A stretch of DNA of 64,000 nucleotides from Tubulanus polymorphus (GCF_964204645.1 NC_134034.1:3365814-3429813); one strand, 5' to 3'; positions 38,112 to 51,549 are shown, numbered from the stretch's first letter. Made by a program: numbers and translations. Notes: generated by a model from the sequence alone, not told the origin.

Positions 38112-38482
38112 AATGATAATTGATTTCGAGTTCATTAAATACAACTTTTCTTTGATATTTTTCTCATGCGTGGCGGGAAGAAGTTCACTTTTGTTAACCT
38201 GTTATTAAGAAGAAGAATTAGAATGGGGATTCTAGTTCGGCGGTTGGGGGTTAATCAACAGCGAACAATTTCTCTATTTTCTGCTCTGGCAGTTTAGTGT
38301 CGGTACTGATTTTTATCATTCTATATCGTGTAGGTTATAAGAAACAGAAGACAAATTCCATGAAAATGCGCTTCAGGTAAAGAAGACAGGGGCCCATCGG
38401 GTGCCATCATGGATTTACAGCAATGCAACCTTGAACCGTAACCATCTCCGTGTATTACCAGATTCATATCGTATAGCCGATT

Positions 38483-38823
38483 TCAATGGGGAACAGGCAC
38501 ACCAGCTATCCCGTCAAATGGCGCCACTGAGATATCAGACGCACTCGATCAAAGTTATTTCATTTTCAAGTAACTTTGATCTCAATTTTCGGGCTTCCAA
38601 TCCAAAGATTGGGAAAATCACACATCGAAATAAACTCTGATTAGTGTGTAGATTTCATACGTGCCACGATTTTCATATATCATGCATAGAATTTGAGAAA
38701 TTATTGTAAGATTTTAATTGGATTTTAGAAGAAATCCAGCGTCAACGTCGTATTGTACACTAGCGAACTGGCGGATTATGGAGGAATTCCGCTTGCCACA
38801 GTAGCGTTGCCGTTACCCTATTG
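38483..38823 (+). mobile_element. Diverged copy of the CAATGGG family element
   Basis: CAATGGGG..CCAGCTATCCCG.CAAATGGCG at left; CTAGCGAACTGGCGGAT..GCCACAGTAG..ACCCTATTG at right. Confidence 0.7.
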
Positions 38824-39353
38824 GTGTTGTCATGACAAAGCCTCCCAATTAAAACATGCAGAAAAATGGCGACGGGCCCCATAAAACAACTAGACTATGC
38901 AATATAGTAAAATACAGGATGCCCTATTCCGATTAGTGAATACAACTTTTTCACAAGCGATAGAATCTAATCTCCCAACTTTTCGACCAACTCAACCATC
39001 CATAATCTGAACACACTTCATAATAAAAAAGAGGAAATATTTAATCTGTGCACGGCCGGCTGCATAATGAGGCCGGGACTAACCAAATCTTTATCGGCCC
39101 AGTAACTGAAATTTTCCCAGATTAGACTTGCAAAACTATCGAATCGTATCTGTTTTATAAGCACAGGTTAAAACCGAATGCCAGACGATCCGATATTCCG
39201 AGAAACATTTCCTTTTTGGGTGTGCCGAAGGACCAACTGAAAGTCCATAACCACATCATCGTCTTACTCGCGAGTCCGATTCCACATCCAGTAAATAGAG
39301 TATTGTCTATTTCTCAAGGTCGTCGACCAGTGCCAAGGCGATGTTGGAGCAAA

Positions 39354-42300
39354 ATGTCGTTTAAATTCAATTTTTCAACAGATTTAAAATCCGACGAAGA
39401 AGATATTGATAGTTAATGAATAATCATATATTTCCAAAGTATTTTCGAGTCGTTTGCTTTCCTTGTCATTTTGCTACAAGGCTCGGAAGCTTCACTTCCG
39501 GGTCAATCATCGACTCAATGCCGACTTTTGAATACAAATTCAATTAACTATCTTTATTATTCGTAACAAACGGATCGTTATTTTTTAGAAATCACAACAA
39601 ATAAGAAACAGAAAACTGACGATGTTAGACCGGCCAAGAAAATCACTATATCCATTGATCCAAAGGTAGAGAAAGTTTGGCAACCATGTTTCCACGACCT
39701 CCTTTTAGCTAGGGTAGTTATAGGGCCTACCTAATCGTTGGTGGTAAGCTTTATGATCGGATGGGCTTGTGAAAATATCCGATCATGAGAATAAACGACA
39801 TACTGGTTACTAACTACCTTCAGGGTTAGGGTAAGTAAACTCAACGTAATTTCGGAAGGTATTTTCTGATGCGCTGTTTTGTCGATCTGGATGATTTTAT
39901 TTAATTTTGGTGTCTTCTGAAATTAAAGTGAGTTACCCTAGTTTGTACATCCTCACTTGCCAGGGTTTGATTGCTGCCCTGGTCTATTACATCACCCACG
40001 ATTTCTAAGGCGGACAGTTTCCCGTTCAGCGGCCACCAGTCTATATATCTAGCCAATCAGATGCGTGGTATTTATAGAGCAAACATCGAGCCCGTAAAAA
40101 CGATTCAGATTGGCTAGATATATAGACTGGTGGCTGCTGAGTGGGAACCCGTCCGCCCATGATATCGTGGGCGATGCAATAGACCAATGAACGGTTTGCG
40201 GCTACGGTTTATGATGGCGTAAGCTCCAAACCCTGCCAAACAAACCCCGGCAAGCAAGGATGAGTTTGGATGTCTCCACATCGTGCCATCGATGCACCTA
40301 TCAACCTGCTGTCTGTACACACCCCTCAGAAGTTTGACGGACATTCGCCATTTTCTGGAAACGTGTTCATCCGAGCGTTGCTATCCTCTGTGGCAGTACT
40401 CGTAGGCTACCCTAGACATTTTTCTTTGAAAATTAATTAGGGTGTCGCATCTGAATCATCAATTTCAGACGGACGTTCACAATTTGTGAAAAATGTGTTC
40501 GTCCCCAGACTTCGCAGTTCGAAAGGTGATCGTCTGAGGGGGTTGGTACGGACAGCAGATTGACAGCTGCTTAATGATAATTAATATATCTATTCATCAA
40601 TATAGTCAAGATTTTTTCATCATTCGACCGACAAGATATTTTCAAAAGTGGCTTTAATGTACACTTGTCCTACATTATTGAAAGGACATCCCCAAGGCTA
40701 AAGGCTGTACCAAAAGAGGGGGGAATGCCCTAGAAATGAGAAAAAAAAACAAAAAACTAAATCCATCACCATGGCTCCGAGAATATCCAAAACATGACAA
40801 AGACTTACTTAAAATCCGGCGGGTGGCAGGGAGATACAATTTCCTTTTGGAGCAATCCTTCTATTTAATGTAATTGGTTGTCATTTTCTTTTTTTTTTTC
40901 AGGATTTGGAAGAAAAAGACGTGAAGGTTTTTACCGTGGACGACGAGACGGAAATTACGTTCGTTGACATCGCGAATATTCCTCGAAACGCGAAAGACGG
41001 CGACGGTGAAGAAACAATCGCCGAACTGAGTGACCTCGTGCCGAATATTTATGAAGGTTGAAAGCTTTGCTTGCCGATTATTTTTTTTTTTCTTTCTCGT
41101 ACAGGTGAACCCCGTTTAATTTGGATTGAGTTCCATAGTTGCAAGTTACGAGTTAACTTGATATTATTTTATTTTCAACGAGTTTACTCTGAGCCAAATT
41201 TTAACTCATAACTTTGGAACCCGGTCCAGGCTATTATACGTGGTGCTTCGGCCGTATTTAACAGGGGCAGGGGCTGTAGCTACCCCCAGAGATTTTTGCA
41301 AATGTTATGCTTGCATCCTATAGAACTGCGTCGGTTTTGGGGTTTCTCTGCCCCCCAAAACCCCCCCCCCCCCAAAATTGAAATGCTAGGTCCAAATGCC
41401 CTGTCCATGTATGCCCTGTATGCGACATATGTGGTTTGATATCTGACTTTTACAATTTAACCCTTTCAGTGTGTCTACACCGCAGTGCGGTGTATAAATC
41501 AGTGATGGATTTTGCTAGTACACCGCAGTGCGATGGATTGATGTGATCAGTAATTAGTTTTTATCTCTATTTAAAAAAGATGGCAGCAACTGTCAAACAT
41601 AGTGAAATATTAGTAACTAACGATACACCGCAGAGTAGACGCACTATAGTGGTAATCCTGTTATTCAACACACTAGCTCTTTCAATGCCCAGTCGACTTA
41701 CGTCGACAGATTATGTCAGACTGCAGCGAATTGATTTGTTCATTTTCATACCTGAAATTTAGGGGGTTATCAAATAAGTAGGCCACTGACTTTAATTTAT
41801 GCAAATTAGTTCATTTCCTTAAAACGTCACTTTTCATAAGAAAAATTAACACCAACATTTTCCAAATGTTCCCTACAAACCTTTCAATTACCATAAAGCT
41901 CCATTAACTTATTTACAGGACTGAAAAGGTTCTGGAATCATCAACCTAGTAACATTGACAACAGATTTTAGCAAAAGTGCAATTGTTGCCATAATAATGA
42001 AATTCTGATTCGTACAACACCCCGTATATATCTATATAGTTAGTCCTCCGTTCCTATTTATGATTCGTAGAATCATAATCAAACTTAAACTTGCAGGCAC
42101 TACTTCTTCACATAAATAGGTCACTTCGTACTAACTTGAGATTTGAAAGCCTTGAGGCCATGAGGTATAATCTATACTAATAAAAACCAAATTAGTCTTA
42201 TTTACACAAAATGTAGAAAATATATTTTCCGTTTTTTTTTGTCAAAATTGTCAAAAAGATAGAGCTCTGTCAAAATTTTCCGCTAGTTCTGCTTCTGTTT

Positions 42301-45300
42301 GTCTACGATAAAAGATTGTTAAATGTATCAACATTGGTCCGATTTCCCGCTTTTAAAATTACATCAATATAGAAACTCCAATCTGATTAATCAGTTTTGA
42401 AGTTGATGCAATCCTGGTGCTATGAGCCGTAAATGTGTCCGTATGATCCGCACCCCATGATTTAAGATAATCTTTAATCCATCGAGATATGGTATCGGAA
42501 GAAACAGGGCCATGCTGTTTATCGAAACTCACAAATAGATCTTTTCCCGACCGAAACGGCTCATTTTAATGTCTATCTCTGATTAAATCCAGTACTACGC
42601 ATACATTTACAACCTGGGAAATTGTAGAAATTCAATAGGCTTCAAATGCTTGTCTGTTCCAGGGGCCGGTTTTATATAGACTGGTATTACCTTTAACCCG
42701 GGGGCTAACTTAATTGATATTGAATTTAGTTAACCCCCGGGTAAAAGGTAATACCAGTCTATAAAACCGGGCCCTGTTGTTTTAAGCAATTTGTTTACAT
42801 AAATTATACACTTGTATGACCAACAGAACTAAAGTCAACTGCATACTATTTCAAAAGACTGTATCGTTTAAACTATTTGACCTGGTTTAATGGCTAACAT
42901 CGTCACTCGTTTCTTAGTTAGCTCTCTTAACTTCAAGCAATCCGAATCATCCAATTTCAAGCCCTTAAGGGGGCGTCATTCGATGAGATATCATTTCAAG
43001 AACATTCAATCGAATTAATTTTTCAAACCAAAAGCATTTGATAAAGAACGGGTAATCTCTTTCAAGTCGGTGTAATTGTATGAGAAAAAAAAATGAATAA
43101 TTAAAATTTCATGCGTTCGTAATAAATGATCCCCTTCCGAGGCTGCTGGTTCTGGGGAAAAATACCGGAAACGGAAATTTCATTCATTATATACACATAT
43201 ATAGCTGTAAATCAGCGATAACGGGTTTTCTGCATAAGTGTTTTTCACTACCCAGGCGCCTCGTGACAGACATTTGCATGTGGAACATTAAAGAAGTTTC
43301 CAGTTTCTATAGGCGCCATGTTGTGCGGCCCCTCAGGGTGGAATATAGACAAGCTGGCGATGCTCAAATTTTTTCGAACGCGACAATTGAACGCGGTTAC
43401 AGTATTGAAACCGTGGACCGTATTTTTTTTATCGCGCGTCAGTGCTTTTAAATTCCTTACTCAAAGATTTATTATTTTCCGTCTCTTTTCAGGTGGATTG
43501 AAAATCTGGGAGTGCTCGCTCGATCTGACTGATTACCTTCGTTCTATCAAGGACGAAATCAATTTCAATGACAAATCGGTTTTAGAGGTAGGAGACCAAC
43601 ATGTTCATTCCAAATAAATGATCTTCATACTTATGAATTTTGAAATATTTGAATTGTTTTTTCAGCTCGGGTGCGGAGCCGGATTACCGGGAATTTATGC
43701 CTATAAAAACGGTGCTGACGTCATGTTCTCTGATTACGTAGGTACAACAATTCGCATGGCTGCGTGGATTTTGAATAAGTCGTTGTACAGTTTTTGGCCT
43801 ACTTGGGACTTTAGTCCCAGCGGGCTATTGCGTTCACTTTTCGTCCGTCGTCCGTCCATTCGTCCGTCCATTCGTCCGTCCGTCCGTTAGACGGAATCCA
43901 GTTATTTTGGGAAGTTTTGAAGACGCTTCAAGGTAATGTCTTGATATTTGGTTTGTACATGTGTCTACCCTAGACACATCTTCAGCCCAAAAACTGGCCC
44001 TCTCAGATTCAAGATGGCCGACTGGCAGCCATTGTTGTTTGTCAAAATCAGCACTTATTACACTTTTTGAACTTTTTGAGGGAAATTTTGAAGACGCTTA
44101 AATCAATTACCTTGATCTTTCATGTATATTTGAATCCCCCCAGGGCCCATCACCATAAGAAAAATTGGGTCGATTGGACACAAGATGGCCGTCCTATGAC
44201 CTTTTTAGTGCCCAAAAATGTCAATTTTGGCCCAAATTCTGAGTCCTGTAGCTTCCTACTGGTTTGCCATTTCTCATTGCAATTTTTGATGGGTATTCCT
44301 TGGAAAGGGTTGTTTTATACCTGAGCCAGGTATTTTTGATCGGCCATTTGTGACGCAATTGGCGGCCATCTTGGTATCAGTACTCATTGGAAGGTGGGAA
44401 AAAGTTTTTCCACATTATATTGATACCTAAGCATATTTTGTTACCATAATTAATTGCAAAGTTGTTGCTCATGACATCATCTATGATTGTGGTGGGTTTT
44501 AAGGACATTAGTTTTTCTATATGGTCACCAGGGGGCGTTGAATAGTAGAATAACTTAGTATTTCCTTATTAGATTGGTACCTAGGCATATTTTGTTACCA
44601 TGATCAATTGCAAAGTTGTAGTTTATGACATGTTCTATGATTATGGTGAGTTTTAAGGTCATTGGGTTTTGAATATGGTCACCAGGGGGCGTTGAATAGT
44701 AGAATACTTAATATTTCCATATTAAATTGGTAATGAGACATATTTTGTTATCATGATCAATTGCAAAGTTGTAGTTTATGACATGTTCTATGATTATGGT
44801 GAGTTTTAAGGTCATTGGGTTTTGAATATGGTCACCAGGGGGCGTTGAATAGTAGAATACTTAGTATTTCCATATTAAATTGGTAACGAGACATATTTTG
44901 TTATCACAATCAATTACAAAATCATAGCTGCTGACATGTTCTATGATTGTGGTGAGGTTCAAGGTCATTGGTTTTTGTATATGGTCACCAGTTGGCGTTG
45001 AACATTGAAATTGTTAGATTGTTGAGCATTGGAAACCACTTCCCAAGTGGGCATGGTGTCCCTGGACCCCTAGTTTACAGTTTTGTACTACTGATTTGGA
45101 CGTAAGAAGTCGCGTTTCATGTATCAATTTCACCACGTAATCTAAACAAATATCGAAATTGTTTTTATATCTTGGAATAGGGATTGACCCTGTTATTTAT
45201 TTTTAGGGATTGACCCTGTTATTTTTTTTTAATGGAAGCGCATAATTGGGAAATTCGATTTTGGTTCATTCGATAAATCTTCTGAACCGGCAAGCGACTT

Positions 45301-47650
45301 ATTGCAACTTAAAAGTCCAATTAAAGGGACTTTCGTCCCAGCAGGCTATTGCGTTCACTTTTCGTCCCTTCGTTCGTGAATGCAGTTATTTCAGGATGTT
45401 TTGAAGACGCTTAATCATTGGATTGTCCTGATATTTGGTTTATACATGTAGCCACCCTAGACACATCTTCAGCCCCAGAAACTGACTGTTCCAGAATTGA
45501 CTAAACATTTTCCTTGTCTGTTTGTTGCAGAACGAAGACGTGCTGGAATCCGTGACGATTCCGAATGTTTTACTGAACACGGCGAATTGCGATAAGAACG
45601 TCGTCCATAAACGCTGTCAGTTCTGGAGCGGCGATTGGTCGTCGTTACAGCAACGACTGAAGAACAGGTACAAACTCGTCGCAATAGACGATAGCACGTG
45701 TATAAGATCGTGACTTTTGGCGATTACTTCTAAGTCAGAGCCTACATCCCTTTCAGACATTCACTATTGAGGTGTGTCAGTTTGCTGACAAAATTCATTT
45801 TCGATTAAAAATGTCTCGGGTGAAGTACTGAACACATGTGAAGTGTGGACGATCAGTTATGGAAAGTGCGCTGATAAAATGTCAGATGTTGGTAGTTCAT
45901 TTTCAATTAAAAACGTCTCAGCTGAAGTACTGAACACATGTGTAGGGTGGACGCTCCCATTTTGAAAGTTTAAACCCACTCCATGGCAATGTCACGTTCG
46001 GAGTGTCAAGGAAAACCTTTAGTTATGGCTGTGGTCACTCCACAGGTGACTGGCCTACTGACCTATTTTTCCGCTAGATGGCGAACTAGTCGGAGGTGGT
46101 TACTCAAACTGCAACGGCATGCAGAAGAGCTGGCTTACAGTCGTTGAGATGGCGGGATTTTATAGAAATCTTTTTTGGTTGAAAAATCGCTTTTTCGGGC
46201 CTCATGATTTCTTTTGTAATGTACCATGGAATGGAATGATATAGGTCTGGTGTTCGTAGTTCATTTCAATTGAAATAGTCTCAGGCGAAGTTCTGAACAC
46301 GTGAGAAACTGTGCGGTATATTTGAATCCATATATTCGACACACTTTATTTTTCTTTTCTTCTGACATTAGATTTTAAGCGTTCGTATTTATCTTTCTTT
46401 CAGATTCGACGTGATTCTGTCCTCGGAAACGATATATAACCCGTCCTCGTACGCGAAGCTGTACGATATGTTAAAATCGCTGTTGAAACCAGACGGACGC
46501 ATGTATCCCTTTTATCGTTCGATTTTTGTCTTTAAAAGGCAAGCGTTATCTCCATCCCTGTTGGGTAGCGTTCAGAAACGAAATTAAATTTTTTTTTTCG
46601 CCCTCTCCTGACCGAGTGCTACCAGTGTATTGTCAGCAGTTTACCCCCAGGCATAAATCTAGGGTGCCTTTCTACCAACATGTCCTGAGACCACAATAAG
46701 GTCTCCGGATGCGCAGTCCAAAAAAGTACCTAAAATCAACAGGCAGGGCTCCCAATAAAGTTGCTATTGTTACACAAATAGACGAGTTGAAGTTAAACCG
46801 TTATATGTATGAAATCTGTTGGTGCTGAGACTCAAATCGATAATGAAATCCAGGACTACTCTTCTTCCTGGATTGATAGTACTGAACATAGTGGGGGGGG
46901 GGGGGACTCCCTGTGAAGTTCGGCTCGAAAGTACTGGTATACCTGCCATCGGGATACCCCTAAACCATAGAAGTTTGATTATTCCTTATGTTAGGTCGGG
47001 TATGTGGGGCGAAAACCACTTCAATGCGTAGCTAAGATGCTGGCCTATGAGCCATAAGCTGGATATCCGCTGAATTTACGCGCTTATTTATATGAAATTA
47101 ACCCTCGAATGCTCCGAGCTCTCATCGTGAAAATAATAGACAATTCCGCAATTTTCATCGACGTGTTGATATGCCCGACATCCGTGGAGCTTTCGTCCGC
47201 GGCAGGGATTCGAACCTGATGGCATCGAGAAGCCCTGACTAATTAACCCAGCCGATACGACCCGATCCGATCAGAAACGTGGCATACACTGCTATTTTCG
47301 TTATTGTCCTTAACGTTTTCGATCACACTCAGATATTTAGCTGCGAAGACGTATTATTTCGGAGTAGGTGGCGGCACCCGACAGTTCGAATCGCTCGTCA
47401 AAACGGAAGCCGAATTCGACATCGAAGTCTGCAAAGAATACTCAGAAGGTTAGAACTCGATATAATTGAACTCGATATAATTGATTGATGGAATGTACTG
47501 ATAATATTTTGAACCTTGTGAATCGGTTGGACAAATGTCCACAGTCAATGCGTGCTATGCGAGTATGAATAAGATTTGGATTGGCTTTTTTTTTCAGGAG
47601 TAAATCGAGAGATTTTACATATGACGTGGAAATCCGATGGCGACGGTTGA
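39354..47650 (+). CDS. METTL18: Histidine protein methyltransferase 1 homolog, ~286 aa (exons 39354-39411, 39589-39665, 40903-41056, 43493-43587, 43666-43737, 45531-45667, 46404-46502, 47333-47448, 47598-47650)
   Basis: MSFKFNF start; SDLVPNIYEGGLKIWECS; VLELGCGAGLPG SAM motif I; DYN; GDW; FDVILSSETIY; YYFGVGGG. All phases are consistent; the first donor (GTTAAT) is weak. Confidence 0.93.
40027..40140. repeat. Inverted repeat / short MITE
   Basis: CAGCGGCCACCAGTCTATATATCTAGCCAATC ... GATTGGCTAGATATATAGACTGGTGGCTGCTG. Confidence 0.75.
40291..40563. mobile_element. MITE-like element with ~28-bp imperfect TIRs
   Basis: TCAACCTGCTGTCTGTACACACCCCTCAGA ... TCTGAGGGGGTTGGTACGGACAGCAGATTGA. Confidence 0.6.
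43791..45076 (+). mobile_element. Helentron-associated non-autonomous element (HINE/DINE-1-like) with an internal ~153-bp tandem array; truncated second copy at 45325-45490
   Basis: T-run start, subterminal IR GCCTACTTGGG / CCCAAGTGGGC, (TCCG)n microsatellite, ~4 central repeats, 3' hairpin GTCC-CT-GGAC then CTAGTTT. Confidence 0.8.
46503..47332 (+). other. U12-type (minor spliceosome) GT-AG intron of METTL18
   Basis: 5' splice site GTATCCCTTT; branch point TCCTTAAC at 47307-47314 ending 16 nt before the terminal AG; no polypyrimidine tract; joins AT|A in frame. Confidence 0.88.
47030..47265 (-). mobile_element. tRNA-derived SINE-like element inside the U12 intron (related fragment near 27985-28020)
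   Basis: Minus-strand B box GGTTCGAATCCC in the context GATGCCA.CAGGTTCGAATCCC.GCCGC, present at two loci. Confidence 0.6.
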
Positions 47651-48820
47651 AAGACATCGCAGTTCAATGTCGCGCATTTACATTCGAAAATAGGCTGCAT
47701 TTTGGTTTTTTCGACAAATTCTGTATACGCTGAATTATTTTGCCAGAAAAAAAACCAATTCCAATGTCTTACACAGAAATATACTTCTATGTTTTGGTTC
47801 GTGGATCTTTGGTCTTAGTGGATTTCACGCCCTGGAGTGCAGAGGAACCCCACTTGATATATTAGTTAAAGCGGACATGGCCTACCCTACATCGTTGTCT
47901 TCTTTCTTTCTATCATCTGAAATTTTACCTAGATACCAATGCTGCGTAATTTTCTCTAAACGTCGGTGAGGCACCCTGTCAAACACCTTATAAAAGTCAA
48001 GGTAGATTGAGTTTTGTTGTCGAGTATTTCAGTTCATTTCTCTTACGCGACGACAGGTTAGTTGAACCACTTCTTTTGGGACTAGATCGTTTTGTACCGA
48101 GGATATCAAAGGCGGTGTATCCAGGTGCTCTATTATAATCCAGAGAATGTTACAGGATGTCTCAAAAAAAAGTGTTACCGTGGCTTTAAAGATTAATCTT
48201 TCATCAACTATAGTTGTTGAAGTAAATTTTCGGAATTGGCGGATATAAGATTGGTAGACCAGGATGTTTGCTCGAAGATGGAGTGTTGAAAGAATAAGTC
48301 ATGCATGACTGAGCACTACCATTTTCTTATGGCCATTAAAATGGAGTTGAACCAATATAAGCTGTAATGTGGATTGTGTGTACGGTTTATAAATGATCAG
48401 CCGCCAGATTTTCCAGTCCAATTTGCTAAATGTAAGTCTTCAAATGGATAAGTCGTCACGTTACTCAAGCCGTCTTTAATTTTCAAAGTCCCAATTTGAT
48501 TTCACTAATTCGAGTGAAATTACGAGCATTTCGAAACTGATAAGAATAACGCACCAGTTTCTGGTCTGTCGTAACATGGCGATGCGCTATGGGAGACCCC
48601 TTTGGCGCGTAATCCCAAACTCAAGCGGTTACGCAGGTCAGTCGTCAGGTAAGATATTCAAAAAATTCAAATTGCAAATAAGGCTCTTTAACCTCTGTAA
48701 AGAAGATGGGAAATATAGCTGGGTTAGACGCGAGGTTAAGATATGCGATCCTTGGTCTAACATCGTCTGACTGCTCTCAATACTGACTGCATTCAAAAAC
48801 CCTATGAAGCCTGTAATTTG

Positions 48821-48921
<101 letters not shown>

Positions 48922-49120
48922 AATTACAGGCTTCATAGCTGGCGAACACTGAGAAAATTAATGCGTCATTCACCACCGCACGCAGCGCAAATTATGATTA
49001 TACGTTTGGAAAACATGAGCAAGAACTGATCGGCGGAAAGAGGCGTGGGAAACCGTACAGTCTCGCGGCAGTGTTTAACAGTGTAGGAGACACGGCACGT
49101 GAAGCGCATTAAAATCAAAG

Positions 49121-50161
49121 ATGTCAAAAACGATGACTACGAACGTAACGGATGGCGCGATGATTTGCTGCGGTAAATTCTGTGACGGTTCGGGTACGAT
49201 CTTAACCTACAGTACGATAATGATACTAGCCCGCGCCGCGCTTTATTCGATCGGTGTCGTTTCTAACTGTCTCGCCTTCGTCGTTCTTCGCCTGATGAGG
49301 CTGAAAAGTAGCAGCATTGTATATTTGGAAATGCTGGCCGCGGCCGATACCGTCAGCTGTCTGACCGGGTTGTTCGGGCGCGAGTTGGTGATGTTCTCGA
49401 AGCGCTTCCCGCTGGAAATCATCCGCTACGATCGCGTTTACCAACAGTATTACGGCCGTGTTTATTTCTACGTGGACGCCGCATTCCAGGCGACCACGAC
49501 CACCGGTCCGTGGCTGCTGTTCGCGTTGAGTCTAGACCGCTACGTAGCTATCAGATACCCGCTGTCCGCCAGGAGCATCTGCACGATTCGGAACGCGACT
49601 CGCATTTCCGTCGCGATTTGGATTCTGACGTTTATTTTCGACTTGCCGACGATGTGGGATCACGAAACGTACGACCAGGCGCCCGATCGTCCTTGTAGCT
49701 TTATCGCGCAAAGGAAATTCCTACTTCTCAACACGAAATATGCGATCTACTACGATTTCGTGTTCGGTAAAGTTGTGTTGAAGTTCATCCCGGGTTTGGT
49801 CGTATTCGGTTGTAACGTTCACATGGCGACGTTGGTCCGGGTGGCCGCTCGCGTGCGTAACAAACTTCAACAAATAGACGCAACCGAAGATTCGACGAAT
49901 AGCAAACAAGGACGACAAATCACCCTGACGATATTAGCTTTGAATTTGATTTTTATGGTTGATTACGGGATGGCTTTGATCAACACGATATTACCGGCGA
50001 TTTTACCCAAAGGGACGAAATATCGCCCGTATCATTCGGGTCAGTTATTTCACGCTATTAATTCTATGATCAATTTATTCGTTTATCTAGGAATTCGTAA
50101 AGGTTTCGCAGAAACGCTCGTTTGGTTTCTGAGTTGTCACCGTTTAGGAAACCGATTGTAG
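49121..50161 (+). CDS. Intronless rhodopsin-family GPCR, FMRFamide/sex-peptide-receptor-like
   Basis: 7 TM; YLEMLAAAD, SLDRYVAIRYP, IPGL in TM5, INSMINLFVY in TM7. Confidence 0.92.
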   Translation: MSKTMTTNVTDGAMICCGKFCDGSGTILTYSTIMILARAALYSIGVVSNCLAFVVLRLMRLKSSSIVYLEMLAAADTVSCLTGLFGRELVMFSKRFPLEIIRYDRVYQQYYGRVYFYVDAAFQATTTTGPWLLFALSLDRYVAIRYPLSARSICTIRNATRISVAIWILTFIFDLPTMWDHETYDQAPDRPCSFIAQRKFLLLNTKYAIYYDFVFGKVVLKFIPGLVVFGCNVHMATLVRVAARVRNKLQQIDATEDSTNSKQGRQITLTILALNLIFMVDYGMALINTILPAILPKGTKYRPYHSGQLFHAINSMINLFVYLGIRKGFAETLVWFLSCHRLGNRL

Positions 50162-50464
50162 TTGACAATGAGATGAAGTAACCGTGGGGGAGGGGGTAGG
50201 GGTCACCATACGGGTCGCGACAGAAAAACTTAAGTGGGGAGTTGAACCTTCATTCATTCAGCCAGAATCAGTGTCAATAGATCGGGGGTGGGGGATCGAA
50301 CTTGGGACACCCCATGTTTATCCTCCACCACGTGGCGTCTTATTCCGGTAGATGGCGCGCGTGAAATACAATTCATTCTAAAAGTTCGTTGAATAGTAAA
50401 ATCCAGCAATTTGATAGTTCAGCAAAATTCCAATATATGGCGAACATATCGTAAGGTTGAAAAT

Positions 50465-50784
50465 CAGGGGCGGATCTAGAGCCCAATTTAGGGGGGGGGC
50501 ACCTAATAAATGTAGCTATGATGATACTGTATTGACACCGAGCGGCGTAGGCGCGAGACGTTCCTAGCCCGTGGGGTTCCTCCCCGTTCCTAGCCCGTCT
50601 GGGGTTCCTCCCCAAGAAAATTTTTGAAATTTAACTCTGTTTTGGGGCCATTTCCTGCATTCTGAGGTAAGAATTCATGACAAATACTTTCTCCTCTTCT
50701 GCTGCTGATAAACTAAAGCATAAAAAAACGATCTTCACTTAAAGGGGGGAGGGGGCCCGGGGGCCCCTCCCTAGATCCTACCTG
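50465..50784. mobile_element. MITE with CAGG.. TIRs and a 9-bp target-site duplication
   Basis: CAGGGGCGGATCTAG...CTAGATCCTACCTG flanked on both sides by GTTGAAAAT. Confidence 0.85.
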
Positions 50785-51385
50785 GTTGAAAATTACACCG
50801 GATAACACATTTCGATCCTGGGGTTACCGCATCGAATACGGTGTATTGTTAAAACCTTAAAACTTTTTACAATACATACGTTTCAACATAGTATAACTAT
50901 TGGGATTCAAAGATAGAATAATTCTATCACTTCCCTACCATTAATACGGTATGTGGACGTATAATAATTTTGTTTACAAGTATTTACATATATCAAGAGA
51001 AAAATAAAAACATTTTCAAAACATAACAAGGTTATATATACGAATACAGTATACTATTTACAGAAGACTACATGAGGTGTCTATATACATCTAAACCATC
51101 TTTAATAAAAAAACGACCTTTGAGTAGCGCCACGTAGCGGCTTATATTGGTAAAACCAGAAGCTATATTTCAAATTCTTCTAAGTATCGTTGCATATTCG
51201 AAACGAAGATATATTGATATCTACAGAACATTACGACAAATATTCATGAAGTATTTCAAATAATTTTCGAAACTATTTTTTAATGGTAAAATTAATATAA
51301 TTGATCATTTATTGCATAATTTGGACACCGGTCAGGTACTAGAAGGGTCAGTCATATATATCCAAATATTGTACGTTACGTAAGC

Positions 51386-51549
51386 ATACTTACCTGGCAC
51401 AGGGGTGCTCACCGTGATCTGGAAGGCGGTGCCCCTATGGCGAGGCCTGTCATTGCACAAAGACTGGTTGACCCATACGATCTCCCCTAAAGTCGGAGAC
51501 TCGGGTGTACAATTTCTGGTAGTGGGGACTGCGTTCGCGCTGTCCCCGT
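51386..51549 (+). ncRNA. U1: U1 spliceosomal snRNA (variant)
   Basis: 5' ATACTTACCTGG; U1A loop ATTGCAC; Sm site AATTTCTGG; stem-loop IV GGGGACTGCGTTCGCGCTGTCCCC; length ~164 nt. Confidence 0.95.

Noticed and set aside
17556-47650. RiPP-like biosynthetic cluster (peptide + acyltransferase + methyltransferase)
   Set aside because: METTL18 is a housekeeping ribosomal-protein methyltransferase, the genes are interspersed with unrelated loci, and nothing in the sequence ties the enzymes to the peptide.
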